Below, one piece after another: positions 27,049 through 38,085 of a DNA stretch of 64,000 nt. The notes beneath the pieces are model-generated. The model did no database searches, was not told the origin of the DNA, and saw only the letters and a program-made list of their open reading frames with translations. The DNA lies in contig NC_043024.1 in NCBI RefSeq assembly GCF_006345805.1, forward strand, positions 6,076,001 to 6,140,000. The letters run 5' to 3'. This stretch comes from Octopus sinensis. Its lineage: Eukaryota. The stretch's first letter is position 1, and the number at the start of each line of letters is the position of its first letter. Both the position numbers and the translations under genes were made by a program.

Positions 27049-27487
27049 TGTATGTATATATGCTGGTAGTAAGGAATGTATGAATATGTATGTATAGTAT
27101 CATGAATAAAGTAGTGAAATGGCAGAATCGTTAGCATGCTGGGCAAAATGTCTTGTGGCATTTCGTCTGTCTTTATGTTCTGGGTTCAAATTCCACTGAG
27201 GTCGACTTTGCCTTTCTTCCTTTCACGGTCGTTTTAATCAAGTACTAGTTGGGCACTGGGATCAATGTAATCAACGATCCCCCACTCCCCAAATTTCAAG
27301 CCTTGTGCCTATTGTAGAAAGAATTATTATTATTACTTCGGCGTTGATTTGTCCGTCTGTGCAAAATAACTCAAAAAGTTGTGAATGGTATTTGATGAAA
27401 CTTGCAGGAACAGTTGGTAATGACACAAAGAACAGATGATCCAGGAATTTTTATGGATTCTTGAAGGATTTTTCATTTGTTATATTA

Positions 27488-27519
<32 letters not shown>

Positions 27520-27520
<1 letters not shown>

Positions 27521-28070
27521 GAGTGAGAGAGCAGTGCATGCAATCAAAGTGACACTGGGGTAAAATATACGAAGCCCAGTATACCCATCATGACTACCCG
27601 TCTGATAAGGGTACACCAGGCACATACATCACAACCATATGTGCATGACATGGTGATCTCATATCAAGATAAACAGCGCATGACCTTGCAGGTGGGGCCC
27701 AGTTAGAATTTTCTTCAGGTTGAGTAGCCCATCCCGCTCAAAAGGTCCCTGAATAAGGGTTGTTTAAGGATGTTGAAAGAACCACCCATGTTTCCAAAGG
27801 TGAATTATTCAAACCCTGAAGAATCCCTCTCAACACATGGCTATGATGCTCTCCCACTACTTCTGCTTGTGATCAGAGATGCACATATCGTCAGCCACTA
27901 AGGGACATGCTTAACTTGTTAAGGTCAAACAACTGACAAGCAAATTTGTGGTATTGAGCAGAATATTTGCTGTAACTCAACTTTTATACCAAGACAAAAC
28001 AATGTACATGGTAACACTTCCAATCAGAAGCCATGAGAGCCACTGCCTGGCACTGAATCAGGGCAGTTAT
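27520..28070 (+). mobile_element. About 550-bp interspersed repeat, probably a LINE 3' end, with (ATT)n flanks; second copy at about 39600-40125
   Basis: The two copies align along their whole length. Confidence 0.7.
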
Positions 28071-28687
28071 TATTATTATTATCATCATTATTATATTTAC
28101 AATCAACACTATTATAACTAACTTTAACAGCAACACAACCAATTATAAATGCAAAATAGACATTTCTATGCATTTCTATAGAAAACTAAACACCACGTGG
28201 GAAGACTTCCAAAATACCAGGGCAGTTGTAGTGAATGGTCTGATAACAAAAACAGGTTGTCACCTGATTACCAAATGTCTGTCTGTCTGTCTGAATATCT
28301 GTCTGCATATGTCTGTGTGTCTGTCTTCTGTCAGTCTATCTGTTTGTCTCTATGTATGTCTCATTTTTGGATTTGGTTTGCAAGATTCTTTATATGAGTT
28401 CGTGTGTTGAAGCATATTCTGTTGAGTCTGGGGAGAGTCATTCTCTTTTGGTGCCTTATAATTATAATCATAACACTTCCAATCAGTTAAGATCAGAAGC
28501 CATGAGAGCCACTGCCTGGTACTGCATTAGGGCATTTATTATTATTATTATCATCATTATTATCATCATCATTATTATATTTACAATCAACACTATTATA
28601 ACTAACTTTAACAGCAACACAACCAATTATAAATGCAAAATAAACATTTCAATGCATTTCTATAAAAAAAGAAAAGAAAAAGTAAGT

Positions 28688-28837
28688 GGTAAAATTTCCA
28701 CTTATTTCTTATTTTTATTTTCCTAAAATTTTCGTTGCGTCTTGCGACCTTTTCAATAGTCAAGACTTTTGAAAAGGTTGCAAGACACAACAAAAATTTT
28801 ATGAAAATAAAAATAAGAAAAAAGTGGAAATTTTACC
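28688..28837. repeat. Fold-back palindrome with 69-bp arms; outer inverted arms at about 28411-28462 and 28851-28902
   Basis: Arms are reverse complements; spacer TAGTCAAGACTT. Confidence 0.9.
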
Positions 28838-29479
28838 GGTGAGTGTGTTAAATTAGAAGGCACAAAAAGAAAATGACTCTCCCCAGACACAACAGAATCT
28901 GTATGTCGTTATTCAGTTTTATTTCAAGATTTCTTGCCAGTAGAGAAAGAGCTGGTTTCTAACCTAGATCTAAGGCTCTTTCATTGGAATTTCAACATCA
29001 ACAACGGTACTTTTACGTGTAGGTGTGTATATGTGCAGTATTTGGAATCAGTGCATGTGCAGATTGGTATGTCTTGTATGTATTCTCATGCATATGGCTG
29101 CATGTCTCGACATGCACATAGAGACTTAAATGATGAACTTCTGAAAAATTTAACAAATTTTTAAAGTTTCAGTGATGGCTTGGAACCGTAGTCTTCAAAT
29201 TAGCTTTCTCCTTTCCGGGCATCGAGAAGCCTAATTTTTCAAATTTGGTATTTACACACACACACATACATGCACACACACACACTCACACATACACGAT
29301 AGGCTTCTTTCAGTTTCCATCTACCAAATCCATTCACAAGGTTTAGGTCATCTTGAGGCTATACTAGAAAGACACTTGCCCAAGGTGCCACACTGGGATT
29401 GAACCCAGAGCCACGTGGTTGGGAAGAAAGCTCCTTACCACACATCCACATGTATGTTTCTTTGTGTATGTTTTTCTGT

Positions 29480-30560
29480 TTCTCTGTTGCTTCCTTCTTA
29501 CACAGGTTTCATAGTTCTTGGATCTGTGACATTTCTTGATGCTGCACTGGCAGAATCGTAGAAGCATTGGAAAAAATGCTTTGCAGGTTTTGTCTTTGCT
29601 ATCACAGGGAAATACAAAATCAATGATTTTATACTCTTTGTTTATTTTGTCCTCTATGATCAGATCTGGTTTTCTTTCTTCCATAGTTTGGTCATTCTTT
29701 ATGAAAAATCCCACAAGATCTTGTAATTATCATTTTCTATCACAGCTTCTGGTTCGCATACCTTTCCTTCATTGGACACTAAACTCTGCATGCGAAGACC
29801 TGTTGAGGCAAGTGAAATCAAAATCAAATTCGATGACTGGCACCCGTGCTAGTGGAGCAGTAAGAGCACCATCTGAGCGTGATCGTTGCCAGTGCCGCTG
29901 GACTGGCTTCCATGCCAGTGGCACGTAAAAAAGCACCATTTGAGCATGATCATTACCAGTGTCGCCTTACTGGCACTTGTGCCGGCAGCATGTGAAAAAA
30001 CCATTCAAGCAAGGTTGTTGCCAGTGCCGCTGGACTGGTTCCTGTGCAGGTGGCATGTAAAAAAACACCATTTGAGCGTGGCCATTGCCAGTACCATCTG
30101 ACTGGCCCTCATGCCGGTGGCATGTAAAAGCGCCCACTACACTCACAGAGTTGTTGGCGTTAGGAAGGGCATCCAGCTGTAGAAACTATGCCAGGTCAGA
30201 TTGGGGCCTGGTGCAGCCATCTGGCTTGCAAGTCATCAGTCAAATCGTCCGACCCATGCCAGCATGGAAAGAGGACATTAAACAATGATGATGATGATGA
30301 TGATGATGATCACTTTTCTGTTGTTTTGAAGCTACACACTCATTTAACATCCCAATGTCATTCTTTTGCCTAAACAGTCATGTCGGCGCTAAAACTATTT
30401 TTCTGTTTCTATACTACTCTCACTCAAAAAGTGATTAATACTTTCATCTCTTTTCCTGCAGATTCTAAATTTTCTCTCAGACTGAGTTTTGTCAATCATT
30501 GTCTTTATCAAGTTTGTTCTAATGGCTTCTTCTTGAACAACTGTAATTAGCATTTCTGCC
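29480..30560 (-). mobile_element. Relic of a non-LTR retrotransposon with restriction-enzyme-like endonuclease (R4/Dong-like), split by an RTE end at about 29740-30310
   Basis: Minus translations EMLITVVQEEAIRTNLIKTMIDKTQSERKFRICRKRDESINHFLSE...RRHD (decayed CCHC knuckle) and EERKPDLIIEDKINKEYKIIDFVFPCD (PD..D motif). Confidence 0.7.
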
Positions 30561-31804
30561 TCTCATTTCTAGTTCCTGTCCACCAAACAGAGCCAGTGAT
30601 CTTTACTTTCAACATTCTTGATTTTGGGGTGGTGAACTGGCAGAATTGTTTGTATGGCAGACAAAATGTTTGGCTGCATCTTTATGTTCTGAGTTCAAAT
30701 TCCACTGAAGTTGACTTTGGTCTTCATCTTTTCAAGATTGATAAAATAAGTACCAGTTGATCACTGGGTTCAATGTAATTGACCAGCCCCACTCCCACCA
30801 AATTTTTGGCCTTGTTCCTATAGCGTTTGCTTGATTGTGGACAAGATATCTCCAAAACCGTTGGATGGATTCGGATGAAACTTTCAGAGATATTTGGCCT
30901 CATAACTGGCATGAACTGATTAGATTTTGGGATCGATTGGTTACCGGACAAGGATTCTGGATTACTTTTCCTGTTTTTTTACTTAATTTTTGAAAGCTGT
31001 CGGGTTAATTTTTAGTATTTTCGTTTGTGAGAGCAGTCAAATTTATTTCAGATTTTCTCATTTTAAAAATCCTCTCTGGCTAATCGTTGAGAGGACATTG
31101 GTGTTGCCTTGGCAGAGGTTTGCGCTTTCTGAGTGCTCTTATTATTATTATTATTATTATTGTGAACATGGTGAGCTAGCAGAAACATTAGCACACCAAA
31201 CAAAATGCTTAGTGGTATTCCATCCACCTCTACAATCTGAGTTCAAATTTTGCTGAGGTTGACTTTGTCTTTCATTCTTTTGGGGTCGATGAAATAAGTA
31301 CCACTGGGGCTAATGTAATCAACTTACTCCCTCCCTCAAAACTCCTGGTCTTGTGTCAAAATTTGAAATCATCATCATCATTATTATTATTATTAAGGTG
31401 GTGAGCTGACAGAATTGTTAGCACGCCGGGCGAAATGCTTAGCAGTAATTTGTCTGCCGTTACGTTCTGAGTTCAAATTCCACCGAGGCCGACTTTACCT
31501 TTTATAAGGATAAAAGGTAAAGTCGGGGTTGATAAATTAAGTACCAGTTACGCGCTGGGTCGATGTAATCGACTTAATCCCTTTGTCTGTCCTTGTTTGT
31601 CCTCTCTATGTTTAGCCCCTTGTAGGTAGTAAAGAAATGGGTATTTCGTCTGCCGTTACATTCTGAGTTCAAATGCAGGCAGGGTTGACTTTGCCTTTCA
31701 TCCTTTTGGGGTCGATAAGTTAAGTACCAGTTACACATTGGGGTCGATGTAATAGACTTAATCCCTTCCCCCAAATGTGAGGCCTTGTGCTTCTTGTAGA
31801 AAGG

Positions 31805-31845
<41 letters not shown>

Positions 31846-31939
31846 TATTATTATTATTATTACTATTATTATTATTATTATTATTATTACTATTATTATT
31901 ATTATTATTATTATTATCATTATTATTAAAATTCCAGAG

Positions 31940-32156
31940 ATGGAGTCGTCCCTCGATCCAGAGGTTTTGAAGAGAGCAGATGGTGGATCAGAAGAGGACC
32001 AACTTATTGTGGGCAAACATTTCTTGGTATTGGCTCAGTCTGGGGTCAATGAAGAGAAAAACGGCACCGAGGCTGTGAAATGGCTCATCATGGCATCAAA
32101 ACAAGGCAACGAACCTGCAACAGAACTCCTCTGTCACTGCAAGGATACACAAATGG
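31940..32156 (+). CDS. WFS1: Wolframin coding exon 1 (acceptor-like TTCCAG ends at 31937; ATG 31940; donor GTAAG at 32157, phase 1)
   Basis: MESSLDPEVLKRADGGSEEDQLIVGKHFLVLAQ...AVKWLIMASKQGNEPATELL matches human [25 protein letters not shown]...[20 protein letters not shown]. Confidence 0.9.
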
Positions 32157-33354
32157 GTAAGAAACCAGTTTCCTTTTTTTTTTAAAACCATTTTTGTTGT
32201 TGTTGCTGTTGCTGTTGAGCGAACGGTCTTCATCCCAGAGCTCGCAAGATGGGAAAAGTCCGATACATGGTCCTTTGCTATTCGTAAGACCTGCAGAAGA
32301 GAAAGCAGGTCACCGAAAGCATTGACGGATGGATGAATGCGCATCCAGGCTCAGCAGTTGCGTAGGAAGTCGGGGACAAAAAACAGGAAGAAAGAGTGAG
32401 AGAAAGTGGGGGCGAAAGAGTACAACAGGGGTCGCCACCCACCCCCTGCTGGAGCTTCGTGGAGCTTTAGCTGTTTGTGCTCAATAAACACACACAACGC
32501 CTGGTCTGGGAATCGATACCGCGATCCTCCGATCGCGTGTCCGCTGCCCTAACCACTGGGCCATTGCGCCTCCATTGTTGTTGTTGTTGATCCCCAGATG
32601 AACCTTCGTAGAGTGGATCCATGATGAAAGTCAATACGGTCATGACCACCTCGTCTTATTGTATAACAAACTATGGTGTTAAATGCAGCGTTTCTTTGTG
32701 TTATGTCTTCAGGGTTTTGAATATCGTTACCAATGATGTTATGACGACGTTGGGTCGTGCACAAGGGTGGAGGAATAGTACCTTACCTTAATAAATATTT
32801 GGATATGGTTATCTAGAATAACCTTTCACAGAATTAATAGGTTTATGCAAAAATCGTGCTGCGTTGTATGCCAGACGTACGAACGATATTAAAGTAACTC
32901 AGTAATCCGATACGAACGATCGATGTTATCAGCTGTCGACTCTCTTTACTTTATTGAAATGTATTAGTCCACTTTTGGTCACTCGGGGGTGGTCAGGATC
33001 CTGCCATAACACTTTGGGGGTGGACAGTCTTGTGGGTTTCTGCCAAGTCAGCTGCTAAACGTTAAAACTTAGTCATTTAAACAAAAAGTGGCGATTTCTG
33101 TTAGGTTGTATTAATTTCACCTAAATCCTAGTTTTTATTAATTAAAATTTTTTTTTAATTAAAAATTTAATGAAAATATAAAAGCGTTTTAAAATCTGAA
33201 TCCGAAATGCAATTATAATTGAAATTAGGAAAACAAATTGTAGCCACCCAGAGTTATTTCCCTTTCAATAAGTATTTTTCTTGAATTTATTTCCATTTCT
33301 ACTTCTGGAAGCCCAGAAATATCTGACCGTTATGGGGTCAGTGGGGTCTACTTT

Positions 33355-33902
33355 TGTTGGTACTCCGTCGGTTACGACGACGAAGGTTCCAGTTGATCCG
33401 TTCAACGGAACAGCCTGCTCGTGAAATAAACACTTAACTTTAAGGAAAATATAATCCTTCTGAAATCACAAATTAGGCTTTTCCTCAGGAACTTGGATGC
33501 TGAACATCCCTTTGAAGGGTTCGGGTCCTTCTCCTATATATGTATATATATATATACATATCATCATCATTTAACGTCCGCTTTCCATGTTAGCATGGGT
33601 TGGGCGATTTGACTGAGGTCTGGCAAACCAGACTAAATTAGGTGAAATTAATGTTCAAGTGGGAGATTCAGCGTGACAGGGTGGTCCTTTTGAAATACAG
33701 GTACAACAGAAACAGGAAGAAAGAGTGAGAGAAAGTTGTGGTGAAAGAGTACAGCAGGGTCCACCACTATCCCCTGCCGGAGCCTAGTGGAACTTTAAGT
33801 ATTTTCGCTCAATAAACACTCACAACGCCCGGTCTAGGAACCGAAACCGCGATCCTACGACCGCGAGTCCGCTGCCCTAACCACTGGGCCATTGCGCCTC
33901 CG
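33355..33902 (-). mobile_element. Third tRNA-SINE family (head GGAGGCGCAATGGCCCAGTGG), with a 200-bp foreign insertion at 33435-33634
   Basis: Matches copies at 60167-60552 (+), 32380-32575 (-) and 51560-51780 (-). Confidence 0.8.
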
Positions 33903-34584
33903 CAGTGAGAGCTACTACCATTGCCATAAACAGACCAGATGGTTTTGGTTGGAATGCCTCTTATCAAAGGTCTGCTCCACTAGGCTTTGTCCTGGGGGTA
34001 AACAATAACTAACATGGATACATTATTACTGGCAGTTCGGGGTACTTCTGCGTAGTAGTAGTCGTTCGTCTTGCTAAAAATAGCAGTCAAATCTCTCACA
34101 AACACATTCACAAGCGTTTAAAAAAAAAAGAGACTGCGTGCGATAGTGCAGTGGGCTTCCTTACAGTTTTCGGTCAATGTTGACATTATTACCCGGAAAC
34201 GAAATCAAAAATAAGAAATATTGCAACAGGTATAAAAAAAAGGTGTAGAAAACGAATCTGAAAACAAAAATGACCGGAAAGCAACGGGGAGTGGAGAGAG
34301 GCCTTCGGAAAATTCATAAGATCCAATGTTTTCTCTCGTAACTTTCAGGAAAATAGATATCTTTCTACTTCATACCCATGTTAGGAAACGAATCTGAAAA
34401 CAAAAATGACCGGAAAGCAACTGAGTGAGGGAGAGGATTTCGGAAAATTCACAAGATTCACAAAATTCGAGTTTTTCCCTCATAACTTTAAGGAAAATAT
34501 AATCCTTCTGAAATCACAAATTAGGCTTTTCCTCAGGAACTTGGATGCTGAACATCCCTTTCAAGGGTTCGGGTCCTTCTCCTA

Positions 34585-34621
<37 letters not shown>

Positions 34622-34625
<4 letters not shown>

Positions 34626-36118
34626 TCATCATTTAACGTCCGCTTTCCATGCTAGCATGGGTTGGGCGATTTGACTGAGGTCTGGCAAACCAGACTCCAA
34701 TCTGATGTGGCAGAGTTTCTACAGTTGGATGCCCTTCCTAATGCCAACCACTCCGTGAGTGTAGTGGGTGCTTTTACGTGCCACTGGCACGAGGGCCAGT
34801 TTGGTGGTACTGGCAACGGCCACGTCCAAAATGGTGCTTTTTACATGCCACCTGCACAAGAGCCAGTCCAGCGGCACTGATGATGTCCTCGCTCGAATGT
34901 TTCACGTGCCACTAGCACAAGTGCTAGTAAGGCGACGCGGTAACAATCATACTCGAATGGTGTGCTTAACGTGCCACTAGCACGGATGCCAGTCACCAAG
35001 TTTGATTTTGACTTCGATTTCACTTGCCTCAACTGGTCTTCACAAGCAGAGTTTAGTGTCCAATGAAGAAAAGACACATAAGTGGACTGGTTACCCCCTA
35101 GCATAGGCCACAAGTTTATGGTCACACTTGCGCTTGCTGAGTCCTCTGCAGCACAACATATTTCCAGAGGTCCCGGTCACTAGTCATTGCCTCGGTGAGG
35201 CCCAATATTTGAAGGTCATGCTTCACCACCTCATCCCAGGTCTTCCTGGGTCTACCTCTTCCACAGGTTCCCTCAACCGCTAGGGTGTGGCACTTTTTCA
35301 CACAGCTATCCAAATCCATTCTCGCCACATGACTATACCAGCACAGTCATCTCTCTTGCACGCTACATCTGATGCTTCTTGGGTCCAACCTTTCTCTCAG
35401 GGCACTTACACTTAGTCGAGTATGCACACTGACATTACACATCCATCGGATCATACTGGCTTCATTCCTTGAAAGCTTACACATATCCTCAGCAGTCACA
35501 GCCCATGTTTCACTGCCATGTAGCATGGCTGTCCGTACACATGCATCATACAGTCTGCCTTTTACTCTGAGCAAGAGGCCCTTTGTCACCAGCAGAGGTA
35601 AGAGCTCTCTGAACTTTGCCCAGGCTATTCTTATTCTAGCAGCTATACTTTCAGTGCACCCTCCTCCGCTACTGATTTGGTCACCTAGGTAATGGAAGCT
35701 ATAAACTACTTCTAGTTTTTCTCCCTGGAATGTGGTGGAAGTTGGTCTCTGCACATTTTCAGTGTTTATTGCTCCCGAGCATCTGCCACATACGAAAACT
35801 ATCCTCCCAGTTAGCCTTCCTTTGATATTGCTGCACCTCTTATGTGTCCATAGCTTACAGTGGGTACATCTTATAGAGTTTCTACCTACACCTTTTCTAC
35901 AGATCGAGCAGGGCCATCTACCTGAAGGGATTTGTGGTTTGCCTACCTTCCTACTGATTACGACTTTGGTTTTAGCTAGGTTGACTCTAAGACCCTTCAA
36001 TTCTAATCCTTTCCACACTTGAAACTTCTCCTCTAGTTCTGTTAGTGACTCAGCAGTTAGAGCAAGGTCATCAGCATAGAGGAGCTCCCAGGGGCATCCT
36101 GTCTTGAAATAAAGTGTA
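34622..36118 (-). mobile_element. 5'-truncated RTE-clade LINE: RT C-terminal half, PHD-type finger, C-terminus, repeat-containing 3' UTR and (GAT)n tail
   Basis: ORF 35347-36321 has LLYADDLAL (36067-36078), YLG and HGSETW; the next segment has GRGRPRKTWDEVVKHDL...DRDLW; the 3' end is shared with about 12 short copies in the window. Confidence 0.92.
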
Positions 36119-36164
36119 GATGCATAGGTGGGTAGGTAGGTAGGTAGGTAGGCAGGTAGGTAGA

Positions 36165-36200
<36 letters not shown>

Positions 36201-36908
36201 TAAATAGATAGATAGAGGTAGATGGATGGATGGATAGATAGATAGATGGACAGATAGACGGACAGATGAATGGATGGATGGATGGACAGATAGATAGATA
36301 GACAGACAGACAGACAGGCATGGCAATATGTCAGTTATGCCAATGAGAATTCCAGTTGATCCAATCAATGGAACAGCCTGTTTGTGAAATAAATGTGCAA
36401 GTGGCTGAGCACCCCACAGACACACATACCCTTAATGTAGTTCTCAGGGAAATTCAGCATGGCACAGAGTGTGACAAAACTGGCCCTTTAAAATACAGGT
36501 ACTACTCATTTTTACCAGCTGTGGAGTTGTGTGTGTGTATGTGAGGTATAGAGATAGACAGATAGACATATATATCATCATCATCATCTTCGTTTAACGT
36601 CCGCTTTCCATGCTAGCATGGGTTGGACGGTTTGACTGAGGGCTGGCGAACCAGATGGCTGCACCAGGCTCCAGTCTTGATTTGGCAGAGTTTCTACAGC
36701 TGGATGCCCTTCCTAATGCTAACGACTCCGAGAGTGTAGTGGGTGCTTTTTACGTGCCACCGGCCGGGGGCCAGTCAGGCGGTATTGGCAATATATATAT
36801 ATGTATATATATAGATAGATAGATAGAGAGAGAGACATAGATAGATAGATAGAGAGAGAGACATAGATAGATAGATAGAGAGAGAGACATAGATAGATAG
36901 ATAGATAG

Positions 36909-36970
<62 letters not shown>

Positions 36971-37609
36971 TAGACAAACAGATAAATAGAATGATAATTA
37001 GGCTGATATATGGAACAGTAACTATTTTTCTTTTTGTATTTTATAATTACTATAATTCATGAATGTATGATGTGTGGGTAGGATAGATGTGCTAATTCTC
37101 AACAACTGCATGTGTTATTGGACCAAATTGATATTTATAACTGGATGCTAGCTGCACCATAGTATTACTTATTGGGTCAGTCTGGACTTTTATAATCAAT
37201 AAATTTATATTTAGTAGTTTATTGTCTTATATTTCAGCCATGGATAATATTTGACCAATAAGCACAATCCAAATATGCCGCAGTGTGGTAGTTGTCGGTT
37301 AGTTCTTTGTCCAATCCTCACTGAATAGATCTCGGATCAATGCTTTTTGCAATCCAGTTATGACCATCATGTCTGTTTTTTTAGGACTATTTTATTTGAT
37401 TAGATATTAATTAGGTATTAATTAGCTATGTAGATAATATTCATTACCATCATCATCATCATCATCATTTAATGTCTGTTTTCCATGCTGGCATGGGTTG
37501 GACGGTTCAACCAGAGGTGGCACACTGGGGAGCTTCCCAGGCTCCATTTTGTCTGTTTTAGTATGGTTTCTATGGCTTGATGCCCTTCCTGATGCCAACC
37601 ACTTTACAG

Positions 37610-38085
37610 AATGTGTTGGGTGGCACTGGCACAAGTGCTCTTACATGGCACCAATATGGATGCTTTCATGTGGTATCAGTGTGGGTGCTTCTATATGGCA
37701 CTGGAATGAGTGCTCTTATGTGGCACCAGCATGGGCGCTTTTATGTGACACCAGCACAGGTAGTTTCACTTGACACTGGCACGAGTGCTTTTACGTGGCA
37801 CCAACATGGGCATACTCTATTGTAGAACCAGCATGGGCGCTTTTAAGTAGCACCACCGTGGGTACTTTTATGTGACACTGGCACGGGTGATTCTACATGG
37901 CACCGGCATGTTTTTATGTGACACCAGCAGAGGCACTTTTACGTGGCACCAGCACTGGCACAGCTGCTTTTATGTGCCACCGCTAAGGGTACTTCTGTGG
38001 GGCACTGGCATGGGTTCTTTTACGTGACACCAGCAGAGGCACTTTTACATGACACCAGCATGGGTGCTTGTATGTGGCACCATTA
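37610..38085. repeat. Degenerate minisatellite (about 25-nt unit, roughly 18 copies) within an RTE 3' UTR
   Basis: Recurring (A/G)TG(G/A)CACCAGCA(T/C)GGG(T/C)GCTTTT. Confidence 0.8.

Noticed and set aside
30440-30545. Strong plus-strand acceptor TTTTCCTGCAG suggesting an extra WFS1 exon
   Set aside because: It is the antisense strand of the R4/Dong-like relic, and the plus frames are not wolframin-like.
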